Assembly: GCA_976226885.1 (NCBI GenBank)
Contig: OZ320323.1
Location: forward strand, 4,898,001-4,962,000
Length of the DNA stretch: 64,000 nt
Direction of reading: 5' to 3'
Source: Iphione sp. A-MEVVRFRX5
Lineage: Eukaryota
The notes beneath the pieces are model-generated. The model was not told where the DNA came from. It saw only the letters and a list, made by a program, of their open reading frames with translations, and ran no database searches. Both the position numbers and the translations under genes were made by a program. Below are positions 35,100-47,778 of the stretch, piece by piece; position 1 is the stretch's first letter, and each line of letters opens with the position of its first letter.

Positions 35100-36050
35100 T
35101 ACTATCCCAGACACCTGCGGAAAGTCCAGTCACGTGTGCTGGTCACGTGCGTTATCATGTGTTATCCTGCCTCGACCGTCGCCCTCTCGATGCCCGACCG
35201 CTGCTTCTGCTATTGTCAAGACCGCCTCTTTCTTGCAGCAGCAGTAGCAGAAGAAGCAGCATCTGCTACAATATCAGCAGCAGCAGCAGCAGTAGCAGCT
35301 GCAGCTGTTCCTACAATTGCTGCCACTTTTCCCACACATAGGTCTGCTCAGCCTCCCTCTTACTGTTATAACTACGGCTCCGGGTGCCAGCGCTCAGAGT
35401 TTCCTTTCGATTTCTCCCCTCGGGTTCGTTTTTTTCCTCTCTTAAACCTACTGTTAAGACTGTTAAAGCCTGAGGCCCGGGGGGTCGGCTGTGGGTCTCA
35501 TTATACTCCCGCACAGCTGTTAGCAGCGGCTGCTGCTGCTGCTGCTGCTGCTGCTGCCGTTCTGGTTGGCACTCGTGCTGCCTACGCCTGTCGTGGCCAG
35601 TGCCGTTCGGGACGCCCCTCCCGCCGGCTCCTTCTGCTCCGCGCGCTCGCTCTCTCGCTCTCACTCCGTCTTCCGTCATGGCCTCCTCGTCCTCGGCGGA
35701 TGTTTCGTGTAGGATCTCCTCCTCCTCCTCCACCCTACCCAGCAGCACCAGCCCGCCAGCGCCGCCGCCGACACGGTAGGTTCCCCGGCCCCCTTTCCTT
35801 TCTCCGTCCAGCCCGAGTGTCGTCGCCGTGCGGGCCCGGGAGAGGGAGAGGGGAAGAGGGTCAGCTGAGCTGCTCGACGGCCGCCCTGAGCAGCTTGCAC
35901 TGTCACAGCCTCAGCTGTCAGCGGCCGGTGACCAACTGTCACGACTGTCACGCTGGCAGCCGTCGCCGTGACGTCGCTTACAAGCGGGGCCGGGCGGAGC
36001 GCTGAATGTTTGTCATATGACCACCGCCCCCGCCAGCCTCCCCCCTTTAG
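35100..36050. promoter_or_regulatory. CpG/GC-rich island with (CAG)n/(CTG)n tracts; probable promoter or first exon
   Basis: Much higher GC and CpG content than its flanks. It carries tandem CACGTG boxes at 35131 and 35144, a CRE-like GTGACGTC near 35967 and GC boxes near 35991 and 36025. Orientation is unresolved. Confidence 0.6.
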
Positions 36051-39000
36051 GGTAGGGTAATCGAAGCAATATACTGGCCAGATTGCAACATGCTGGAGAG
36101 ATTGTAGGCAAGACGACCACCGGTATGGCACATGCAAAACTGATCAGCTGGGAAGGTTCTGTCGAGATTTGGAGAATTGTTACAAGGGGGCATGGCTGAG
36201 AGGATGGAGTGAAGGGTGGCGGCGTTTCGGGAGGGGGGGGGGGCAGTGCTTACATAAGCTGCATTTGTATTAGGTGTAAGCACCATTCTCCTATAGGTTA
36301 TCGGTAAAAACATGCAGAGGGAAGGTAGATTCAATAAGTATTCAAGAGTCAATGGCAGCTGCAACTGCTGTTGAAAGGTCCTACTCTGAGGATGGGTGGC
36401 AATGTAGAATTCATGGTTAACAGGTTGTAGCGAATGTTTCGTCGCTAGAAATTGTCTCTGTCTGTTCGTCATGGTAGCCATCAGCCGACTTCCATACTTC
36501 CATATACATGTAGCAGGTTGCAGGTGGGATTTTAACCCTTAACATTTAAAGCTAGGAAACATCGTTTCATGTGCACACTTACATATGTAGCGTACAAAAC
36601 ATCAGATCCTTCAGTGTATGCATCTACATATCTATATCTATGAACAAACACTAGCAGGGAAACACCCACCTAATGAACTGACAAATTAAGGGAAAGAGGC
36701 TATCAGCGTGTTTAGATATTCCATCTGGACATACATGTAGTTATATTGAACACACGGAAGCTGCAGATGTGTTCAGTGCATATGCAGATGTTTTAAAAGC
36801 CTCTGCTACAAAAAGTAATTGGTTGGTTGGGGGAGTTTCGTGTTTGGAGTTGGAACAGTAACTTGAGTATGAAATATGACAGTAACTTGATTATGAAATT
36901 TGACATTGTCTTTTTGATTAACATGAAAGACACATGTCGATGCTGTGTTATACAGGTACAGGTAAATCTCAGTGACAACCCATGTAAGTGTGTCTTAATC
37001 CACAGAATATGCCACGTGGTGGATAGATGATCACCACTTTTCCAACTCGCAACATCTTGAAAGGAAGCCTGTGTATCATGTCAGTTAAATACTTGATTTC
37101 ATAACGGCAGTCCTTGTATATACAATGTATTATAGTCCAAGAGAAACGATATCATAACTACGTGTTTTTTAAAAACATCAAAAAAGCCTCGCCCACATTA
37201 GGCCTGATGAAAAAATCGGTGTTTCCGGTAACCCGACTGACTCTACCTTTTGGCCTGTTACAACCTTTTTTGCTATGTAATTGTTTTGCCCGTATCTTGG
37301 GATTGGATAATGCTACAGACGGATGGAATATACCATTGTGTGCCTTATGAGGTCAGCTTTCATCCAGGTTTGTACAGTTCTGTCTAGCTCTTTCACTGTA
37401 ACATTTGTCTGGTTAAAATTAACACCATCCTACCGACCATATATGTTGTCAACATGTTTGCTGCAAATTGGGGGGGGGCGGGGGGGGCTTATATGAAGTA
37501 TGTAGCTAGGAAGAGCAGAACAGTTAAGTCATTTCCACTGCTAACTTTAGAACCTTGTCAACTCTTATGGTCAATGGAATGACTAAAGATCATGTTTCAA
37601 TAAATATCAATATGGTAGCTATACATATGTAAATCACTGTTCAGTGCAATTCCATAAGAACCGCAAAAAGCGATGGGTTTTTTTAAGTACATATATGACA
37701 CCTTCTCAGTTGGTAAGATTTGAACTCGTCATCCTTCGAGTTGGCAGTGTCAGCTTGAATCAGCCATGTCGTTGACGGGGGGGGGATGAGTCAGCAATGA
37801 CGTAACGTTTTTGGTGGACACCATCTTGGATCCGACAATTTAGCAATCAGAGGGGCTTCGCAAATCAATTCATACAACTTTCTGCTTTGTTCTTTTTTAA
37901 GTTATGATAGTACACCTTTTTAGTGACTACCAACAGTCCTAGTAGCAGAATGATAACAGTAATAATACAGATTCATAGAGTTTGCTCGCTCAATCAGTAT
38001 TTTCATAGTTAAATCTTGTAACAGATCCCCGTCGAACACTGTAGAAGTGAATATGTAACTCTTGCAATAAACCCTGTAGGAACAAAGCTAGTCTAGAACG
38101 AAGGTGACTTTTTGAAGTTATTTTTTTGCCCGGAAACCACTTCCTCTCACATCCCTTTGAAGTGATCGACTGAAAATGAAAACCACACGCCCATTATTAA
38201 TAGCCACCTATAAAGGAGTGCTGTCTATTGCATCTTAAGGGAGGCCCAACTAAGGCAGCCCTCAGCTTGGTCATTATCTGAGGTCCTCCCCTGTAATCCT
38301 GATGATACTGGCATCCTCCAGAGTATGACTCCCTTGCACATTCTTGATCAGTTGCTGTCTTGACCTCCTGAACTCCATAACGGTTGTCTCCCTTCACCAG
38401 AATACACGGGATTGTAATTCTCAACTGCACTGCCAGACCATTCATGATAGAGTCCCCAGATCCCTAATTAGTTACACATATTGCCAATCACTGCAGCCGG
38501 CCGCACTGTATGCGCAATCCCAAGTCAGTAGACGAGGGTAGATGGGGGAAATTGATTAGTAAAATATTAGATCGTGACTTGGAATGGTTTGGTTAGCCAT
38601 AATGTAAAGTCAATCTACACATCTTGCAGGGCATTATACTCAGCATAACTGGCGTAAGTTAAGCAATCGGTACCAACGGCCTAATACAGTGAGGCAGGAT
38701 TTGGTTATCAAGTCACAATCCCTCACTGAGTGCCCTCTGACCCAGCGCTGTGCCCAGGTAGCCCTGACTGAAGCCATTGAACCGTATCAATCCTGGAATC
38801 AATACCACTACATGTGCTGGTCAGTATACCTCGGTCAGATCTGGACCTGCAGACTTCTGGACTTCAATGATGTCCGCTGTCAATATCTCGAGTTCAATAT
38901 AAGAAGGTGGAAAATAATGTTAAAGGAGTACCTATTTATTTCACGTGTGGGCGGGCTGCGACTTAAAACAAAGGTATCTAAAGCTCATGTGTATTATACT

Positions 39001-41808
39001 ATAAGCCTATGGAAATTTCCATTCAGCAGGATAATTATGGCCTTCCAAAGAATAGCAAATAGAAATACGAAAAAGAGATCATATAGATTGATGAATATAC
39101 ATTGCAGCGTTAACCACCACGTGTACGGATACCTATTTAGAAGTAGCTGACTCCTAAATGCTCTAACAATACGTGTATATATGCAGCAAGGCCAATTGTT
39201 GACATACTCCACCCAGGAGCTAATCTAGTAACAACAATGGCAGCTACAAGAATAGGTTAGAACGTTAGCCATTGGCAGGACTGAGTGAGAAGGAGCATGT
39301 GTCAGCAGACTGTAGATGGCAGCGGAGAATTTAATCCCCACCCCCTCCACACTTTCCAGTCTCGGAAGGTGATAAGACCAGTGTTGAAAATTGGGTACAG
39401 AGCTATTGAAGTTGCTACTGTTGACTGCCCAGTCAGCCAGGGGATGAGCCTCGGAGCACTCCTAACTCTAGCTTTGTAAATCCCTTTTGCTTCAATAAAT
39501 TTTTCTGGCATAAATTTAATCAGAAGACAGATGACCGAAAACTAGTTTTACATACATGTATATTAATTGGACTACATCAGGACAGTGCAGGAGATGTTTC
39601 TTTGCGTAGCATTTTTTTCACAGTGTCCTTTATGGAAATGAAACTACTGAGACTAAAGCCTCATCTCGTGCGTTCTGTTCGAGTATGAACGCTCCTTTCT
39701 TTCTGTTGTTTTGTGAGAGCAACATATTTTCATGGGTTGTTAATTTACCAGCCGTTTATGTTAAACCCACACAGTATATGTGACACGTGTGCATTCTCTA
39801 TAGGCTCATTCGATTCTTCGGTATACAGTGTATAGGAGTGAGGAGTCTCTTGGTATCGTATATATCCGGGAAAGCCGTTCTATTGTCTTGAAGTTGAAGA
39901 CACTCTCAGTGATCAGCAAAGATATTCTTTCATCATATCTGGCCCATGGTCACTAGTAAATGATTAAGTCCATTAATCCTGGCATTTGCAGGTTTGCCAA
40001 AACTCACTATTCACTAGTTATCTTTTTTCTAAAGGGAGAAGCTCCATGGGACTTACTTTAGAAATAATATTAGAACTCAGCCTAAACGATAAACTTTTGT
40101 CACTTTATTTAGCATAGCTAAAGTGTGTTCCCTTAATTAATACCTTCTTCTAAGTAAAATTCTATTCTTTGACAATAAGTATAGTAGCACTTAAGTTGTC
40201 TTCCTCGCCTCTGCTAGCCAGAACCAGAGAAAACCATTGGTAGGTCCATGGCATACAAGACAGCCTTAAAAATACTGTTCACCTTTAAAATGGCCTATTG
40301 TGAACTATCAACAAATATAAAGGAATTGTGATCGTCCTAATTATTGCTTTTATGACCAAACCCACCTCATTGCCACATAACACCTAGGTACATTAGAGAC
40401 GTTATATGCTTTGAAATATTAAGTCAATTACTCATGAATTTGTAGATCATGACGTAAATGAAAGGAAAACAAATGTCAAAATTGTCACTAAAATAAAATT
40501 TGGTAGGTACTGTAATTTAAAGTTTTCGAATACATTTTTGAAGATTAGCTTGTCCAAAAGGCTCCCCAAAACATTAGAGAATATTTTGGTTAATACTGTG
40601 GTATTGTGGTATCTAAGATATCAAATGCCTTCCTTAACTGACGATGGGTCGGTACATATGTCATCAGCAAAGGGTTATAAGGGCAAGATGTGTAGGCTTT
40701 TTCGTATCGACACCCTGATGACATGACTGTAGGCAACGTTGTCTATTCGTATTATGCTAATGAGGTCCCACGTGACCTCCTACCCCTATTGACGAAAGGG
40801 CTTACGTACACAAGCCGGTTTTAACTGGTGTGCAAATAAAGAAGAACCTAGGCATGTTAAGTTCCGGCCCTTCTCACCAGGTGAAACAATACATCTGATA
40901 GGTGCTCTGGAAGAAGAATCTCCCATTCTTCCCCCCCCCCCTCCTCCTGTCGAAAGGCAGTGAACAGACGATGTGATAAGAGGAGGAAGTAGCTTTTAAA
41001 AAAAGTGATGATAAAAAGGGGAGTGTCCAGGGAATCTGCAACTATTATAAACTCTCAAGTATTCCCTCTTTGCTCTTTGTTCTGTTCAGAAATTTTACCG
41101 ATTTATCGGAGTAAGTTGCTGTATCAAACAAACAAGTGATAACGACGGTATCATGGCCTAAAGACAGAGCTGTGATTGGCTGCAAGTGGGACACGTGATA
41201 TATGTGAGGGTTTTTTCAAGTGAGGCCATGTGAAGTTATGAGCGTCCCGTGATGCCCCTTAATTGTTATCATTATTACTGGGGTGCTGGGGACAAGGACG
41301 TAGTTATCAAAAAGAATGTGTCAAATATGATAAGATAACACTTGTTTTTGGCTGTATTGTCATCGATATTAAATATTCAGATATGCAAATGTACATCCGG
41401 TTTCCTCATGAGGCGGGCGGGGAACCAATCAGAAATGGCGCTTTTCAATCAGGAGCATTTCAAAGATTAACGTTTGTTTCGGAAAATTTGTTTATCCCGA
41501 CAGAAATTATACATGAATAGTACTTATTTGGTCAGGCTGTCCAACTCATTATCGCCAATACATGATAAAAACAAGATGACAAGATGCAGTAAGAGAAGAT
41601 ACGAGTATACGAATTTCGTGGAACAAAAGCATGAGGAGTGTCTCGTCTTCTGTAGGTAGACACTGCCTTCCATGAGACGACCACCTCGTGTGATTTAAAA
41701 TAATGGCATGTTTTCACTTCGATGTTCTGTTATTTACACCAATTAACATAATAAAGGTACATGTATTTCCTTGAACAACGATTTCTCAAGAACTCTGCAC
41801 AGTGATAA

Positions 41809-42147
41809 GGCAAAAAAATTAGGTGTGTTTCTGGTAACGATCACCCAAAAATCTAGGTAGGGAGCGGGGTATCTTTTTTTAAAAGTTTTCTTTCCACTTT
41901 CTTCCTCTGGTTTTCAATAATAAAAGATAATATGAAGAAATTTGACTGATTTGCAGTTTTTTGCTGAATTTCCATGGATTTTACTGTTTTTCTGCTGAAT
42001 TTACCCAAAACATATCCTGTGAAAACACGTATCTAAGAAAATTCAGTCTTGGAAACTCTTTGAGGCAAAAAAATTGTAGGTAGGGTAAGGTTTTACTAGG
42101 TAGGGGTTGGTTACCAGAAACACACCTATTTTTTTGGGGGGGGGGGC
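41809..42147 (+). mobile_element. MITE family B copy
   Basis: TIRs containing GGTGTGTTTCTGGTAAC and GTTACCAGAAACACACC, with TAA on both flanks (a 3-bp TWA duplication, typical of PIF/Harbinger). Confidence 0.8.
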
Positions 42148-42494
42148 TAACGTGTCGGTAGTTCTTTCCATGCTTTGTCTGCCAGCTATTCCTCAAGGGT
42201 TCCCTAGAAACACACTCCTAGGGTAGACAACCGACGACGTTGACAGAATGTCAAGATAGCTGATCGCTACAGCCTTATCTTATCGATCATGTTAATTCTT
42301 GTCACTTTCAAGAGCACACGGATTTCACTTTCTTCGTACTCATAGCCGTCTCTGTATCTCTCTCTCTCCCTTTCCCGATCTGTCTCGAACTTTCTCTCAT
42401 AATCTTGAAGAGCCCCCTCCCCCCCCCCCCCCGCCAACCTCTCCTCCTCCTTAACCTTCCCCTCCCTCTCGCACCCAGCCACACATTTGTACGG

Positions 42495-42662
42495 CATCGT
42501 CACGTAGCAAGTCACGTGATCAGAGTCATGTGACGCCTAGAGGAGGAGCGCCTGCTTGTATATGAGGTGAGAGGAAAGTGGCAGGTGGGATCATTTAGCA
42601 GTAACTACCTTGTCACCTGAGGATTCCCACCTGTTGGATCCTACGTGGAGATCCTGCAGTCC
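42495..42662 (+). promoter_or_regulatory. Candidate proximal SCD promoter and non-coding first exon
   Basis: E-box cluster (42501-42532), TATA-like TATATGA at 42559, Inr-like TCATTT at 42591 and a strong donor CC|GTGAGT after 42662. It lies 1.3 kb upstream of the 43963 acceptor. Confidence 0.45.
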
Positions 42663-42714
42663 GTGAGTACACGCTGAGAGAAAACACATGGAGGGACATG
42701 CATAGACAGAACGG

Positions 42715-42879
42715 AGACAGAGAGAGGAGAAGGGACAGAGATAGAGAGAGGGAGGGAGAAGAGAGAGTTGGGGAGAGATAGAGAGGGAGAGAGGGAGGGA
42801 GAGGGGGAGAGAAGAGAGACAGAGAGAGGGGGAGAGAAAGATATAGAGAGGGAAGAGATGGAGAGAGAGAGAGAGAGAG

Positions 42880-42940
<61 letters not shown>
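42715..42940. repeat. (GA)n / purine-rich microsatellite
   Basis: Seen directly in the sequence. Confidence 0.97.
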
Positions 42941-42941
<1 letters not shown>

Positions 42942-43999
42942 GCAGCTACAGTGAAGCATACAATTACGCTAACCCCTCGCTAACATCCCGTGCTTCCAAA
43001 CATTTATTCCTGCAAAAGACCAGGTGTTAGACGGAATCATTCATTCTGTTCCAAGAGCTTTAGTCTTGGATAGTGAAGGGGGCAGGGCAAGGGGCAAGGA
43101 TAAGGGGCTATTTTGTGTGTGGATCCGTGCAGGCTGCTGAAGTACATGGTCGCTCTGGATCTGCTCTGGATCCATACCAAGCCATGTAAATGAAAAAAAG
43201 CCCTTAACTGTACATTTATAGGCAGCAACAATGCACAATGTGGAGGAGGCCAGAGAGAGACTGTGCAGTTGTGAAAGATATATTGAAGACAGCATATTGA
43301 TCAATATGGCACACACAGTATATTAAACGTAAAACACACCCATCTACATTTCAGGTCTATATCACTCTGTCAGTGCTATGGCTAAGAACCTGGAGGTGTG
43401 CTCTTAGGAAGCAGCCATCTTAGAGCCCTCTGTAGATATGTGTAGTATAAGACTTTCGGTCCCCGCAGCCCGGCTAGTCAAGTCATCGGGAGTCCTTGTC
43501 AATCTATATTCGAATTTCTATTTTGGAGAGGTGGACTAGGTTCCTCTCTCTTTGGAATGCCACCTTGTTTTCTCTTTGAATTTCTACTGTTAATAAGTGG
43601 CCCTTGTGATATTGAAACCATATTCATGAGTTGTTCTAATAATAGTGTGTCTCACTGGTGAACACACTGACACTGGTCGATTATTCTATTTCAACGTTTG
43701 AAATTCTTTGAATAGACAGATTTTCCTTAAATAAAATTGTTTATATTGTATTGTAGCAAATCAGAATTAAGACCACAAATAGGACCAGATAATTTTCCCC
43801 TTATGTCCCAGTCACCCTGCCTGTCCTTCATACTAAGTTACCCCACGAGTTGCCCAGAGTGTCAATTGCTAATGTTATTCAAACTAACTAAAAGCTCTAT
43901 AATATATTCTTCCGTGAGTGCTTAGGAATCCTGTAATCCATCCTGTTGCTCTTTATTTACAGTGATTCTGCCCTTTCACGACCCCTTCCGACTGCAGTC

Positions 44000-44240
44000 A
44001 TGCCTCCCCGAAACATAGACGTTGATGCTCTACCACCCCCAGCTACGCCCCCCTCCTCGCCAGGGGACGCTGCTTTCAACGGTGAAGTAGCGCCGGTCGT
44101 TACCGAGGCCACGCATGCGCAGAAGAGGCCCCCCACGCAGATAGTGTGGGTGAATGTGGTGTACTATGGCATACTCCACCTGGCGGCGCTTTATGGACTC
44201 ATCCTGCTGCCGTTCCTCGACGTGAGAACTTGGCTGTGGA
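44000..44240 (+). CDS. SCD: Stearoyl-CoA (delta-9) desaturase, first coding exon
   Basis: The exon starts at 43963 (acceptor ctctttatttacag|) and the ATG at 44000 is in gtcATGC context. Encodes MPPRNIDVD...QIVWVNVVYYGILHLAALYGLILLPFLDVRTWLW (IVWxN plus first TM). Donor A|GTGAGT, phase 1. Confidence 0.88.
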
Positions 44241-44269
44241 GTGAGTATTCATCATCGCTTTTTGTGACA

Positions 44270-46530
44270 TGCCTCATAGAGGAGGGCATTAGGAATGCTG
44301 CTCGCTGGTGTCCCGACCATCCGTCCACTCTCTTGCAGGTCTTATAACTCTCAAACCCTTCACTCAAAGAACTGATTTTAATGTATGATATTTGTATACA
44401 TGGCCCCATGACACTAGGTAATTTTAGTAGTAATTCAATTATTATAAAGGTGAAATTATACCAATTTTACTCTTTTGCTAACACACCTACAAACATACAT
44501 ATCTTGTTTAGGGATTCTTAGGTCTATCAATGCATACACATGCACACACACACACACACTTACCAATACCTTCCTTCTATCAGTATCAGCTTGTAGCAGT
44601 CTGGTGCTCAGTGAGGCAGAACCGAGGGTGCTGTGCTCAGTCATGCAGAACTGAGGGTTTTTAGCAGTCTGGTGCTCAGTGAGGTAGAACCAAGGGTGCT
44701 GTCCTCAGTCACTATGATCTGAAATGTTTTTGGCTGTTGTGATAATGCGTAGAAGCAAAGTCGTAATGACCTTGAACTAGGACAGTTTGGATCGGAACAC
44801 GATACTAATGATAACCAGTCAATAAGCTGGAGTAAAATACATGTGTGTATAACTTCAGGGTAAATGAACATATAAATAAGTTCTGACCCGGATTGTGTCA
44901 ATTTACTTACAGGTATTACAGGAGAGATCAATAGAGATAAGAAAGAGAAACAGTAGCAAGAACGCAGAAAATCCCTTTGCTGGATATGGGTGACTTGTCT
45001 GTAGAACTTGTAGTGATAACGAAGCCGGAACTTGTCGTGGGATCACCTTTTTCAACCCATGTTGGCTATCTAATCAGGATTCCATCAATATCTCTCGACC
45101 CAGCACGACATGAGAACCGTTTGAATCGAAGCTTAGTGTAAACCACTCGAAGAGATTAACTCAAAACTAGCAAAGACGAGTTTGGGTCGTAGTTTTACTT
45201 ACTATCAGGGTAGCCCTCCCATATTGATGAAGGAGATGCGAATAAAGGTGGGAAGGTGGGGGGAGGCTGGTCCCGGAAAGGATCCACTAGGTATAAACAT
45301 GTAACTGTGGGTGGTCTGTCTGTGGAAGTGAGGGGACAGGTTGGACAGCATTCTCACATAGTATTAGAGAGGATAGATAAGATAAGATAAGATAAGAAGA
45401 ATTTTATTCATCCAACATTTCGCCTCTTAGATAGCGGTTGGAAAATATGGTCTCTTGCCCTCCAAACTCCTCTTATCCCTCTCTCTCCTCCTGAAAACTT
45501 TTAACCATCTCTGCCTCCAGTCCTCCCCATCCTAACTGCTCTACCACTCCTTTACCCTCTAGACTTCCTTCCTCTCTCTCCCTCTCCTAACTGCTAGTCC
45601 ACTCCATTGCCTACTAGACCTCCCTTCCTCCCCACCTCCTTATTGCTCTTCTACCCTTCTGTCAACTAAGCTTCCCTTCCCCCCTCCCCCCCTCCCTCCT
45701 AACTGCTCATCCACGCCTTTGCCCACTACACTTCCCTTCCACTCTCTTCCCTTCCTAACTGCTCTTCAACCCCTTTGTCTGCTAGACTCCCCTTCTCGTC
45801 TTCCCTCTCCCAACTGCCCTTCAGCTCTCTGCTCTTCTCAAGTATCCTTCTTCAATTTCGCCCAGGGAATGTGTTTGCCCTCTCTTGTTCTCCTTACTGC
45901 CTTTACCTCAGGCCAACTAAAACAAAATATCTGTGTTTTTTGTGACCTGACAAAACCTGTTTGATATCCTGGTGGTACTTTTTATTTTTTATCCTGCATT
46001 GCGAACATCTTAAGACTGAATAAGGATAGTGACTTATGTAATACAGCATTTCTTTCCTTATGGTCTTAGCTTTCAGATGACACCACTTTCGTTACACTTA
46101 AAACAGTAGAGGTGATAGCACCAGGCTTGACAAATACTGACAGGCTTGGTGTCCCCCGCCTCATAGAGAGGGGGACCCTAGGAATGCTGCTGGCTGACTG
46201 TCCTGACCTTCCGTCACACTCTTGTGGGTCTTATAACTCTCAAACCCTTCACTCAATTGAACTGATTTTAATATTTATTATTTGTATACATGATCTCATG
46301 GCACTGGGTAATTTTGGTAGTAATTCAAGTATTTTGCCAATTTTACTCTTTTGCTAACACATCTACAAACATAAATACCTGGTTTAGAGATTCCTAGGTC
46401 TGACAATGCACACACATGCACACATACACACTCACCAATATCTCCTTTCCATTATTATCAGCTTGCAGCAGTCTGGTGCTCAGTCAGGCAGAACCAAGGG
46501 TGATGTGCTCAATTAGGCAGAACCGAGGGT
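44270..46530. repeat. Dispersed ~370-bp direct duplication within SCD intron 1 (44270-44650 and 46158-46530)
   Basis: Shared blocks GCCTCATAGAG...GGAATGCTGCT, GGTCTTATAACTCTCAAACCCTTCACTCAA and CCAATTTTACTCTTTTGCTAACAC appear in the same order. Confidence 0.88.
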
Positions 46531-46932
46531 TGTAAACCTGAGGGACTTAAACAAGCCCATCCAACCACCCCAAAACAAGGTGCCAATCAAGGTAGTTGTG
46601 AAGAGAGAAAGTGTGTGTGTGTGTGTGGTGTCACACACACACACACACACTATCTCTCTCTCTCTCTCTCTCTCTCCCTCCCACCCACCAGGACAGTTGA
46701 TGGCAGGGGACAATAGACCTTACAGGTCCACAGTCTTGTTCACTGTGGCATTTGTATGTAAAAAAAAGAAACTAGGACCTACCGACCCTACATGTTTTCA
46801 TTTTTTTTTCTGAAAGACCAGATATATTTTTGAGGGAGCGGGCGGTCTTATTTAATAACCGCTTCTCCACCTCGAGCACTCACACTTTTCACCACCGGCG
46901 TTTACTGTCACAGGCATGTTGTTTTAGTCAGT

Positions 46933-47660
46933 AGGCCCTTGTAGTAATCACATCGCTGGTTTCTTTCAGCCCTCTCGGTGCATTCTCCCAAGGTTTAATT
47001 AGGCCCCTTGTGTAACCACATTGCCTGTTTTGTCCAACCCCCTTGGTGTATTCCCCCAAGGTTTAGTTAGGCCCCTTGTGTAACCACATTGCTGGTTTTG
47101 TCCAACCCCCTTGGTGTATTTCCCCAAGGTTTAGTTAGGCCCGCTGTGTAACCACATCACTGGTTTCTTCTCGCCCACTTGGTGCATTCTCCCAAGGTTT
47201 AATTAGGCCCCTTGTGTAACCACATTGCCTGTTTTGTCCAACCCCCTTGGTGCATTCCCCCAAGGTTTAGGTAGGCCCCTTGTGTGGCCACATCGCTGGG
47301 TTCTTCTGGCCCTCTAGGTGCATTCCCCCAAGGTTTAGGTAGGCCCCTTGTGTAGCCACATCGCTGGTTTCTTCTGGCCCTCTAGGTGCATTCTCCCAGA
47401 TTTAGGTAGGCCCCTTGTGTAGCCACATCGCTGGTTTCTTCCAGCCCTCTTGGTGCATTCCCCCAAGATTTAGTTAGGCCCCTTGTGTAGCCACATCGCT
47501 GGTTTCTTCCAGCCCTCTAGGTGCATTCTCCCAAGATTTAGGTAGGCTCCTTGTGTAGCCACATTGCTGGTTTCTTCAAGTCCTCCTGGTACATTCCCCC
47601 AAGGTTTAATAAGGCTTTTGTGTAACCACATCACTCTTTTCTTCCAGCCTTCTTGGTCTA
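46933..47660. repeat. 68-bp tandem array (11 units) ending in the SCD exon-2 acceptor
   Basis: AGGC(C/T) unit starts at 46933, 47001, 47069, 47137, 47205, 47273, 47341, 47408, 47476, 47544 and 47612. Confidence 0.95.
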
Positions 47661-47778
47661 CCTGGTGGGTGCTTTAGGCATCACAGCAGGGGCACACCGG
47701 CTCTGGGCGCATCGGTCCTACAAGGCAAAGACTCCAGCCAGGATCCTCCTGGCTATCTTCAACTGTGTCGCCTTTCAG
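47648..47778 (+). CDS. SCD: SCD, coding exon 2 (His box 1)
   Basis: Acceptor ctcttttcttccag|, 131 nt, donor CAG|GTAAGC. Encodes FLVYLVGALGITAGAHRLWAHRSYKAKTPARILLAIFNCVAFQ (HRLWAH box). Confidence 0.96.

Noticed and set aside
34992-36005. 337-aa + strand ORF (poly-Ala, Pro/Arg-rich) as a real protein
   Set aside because: It is low-complexity and explained by GC content and CAG/CTG runs, and several overlapping ORFs occur on both strands. If spliced at 35775 it is out of frame with SCD.
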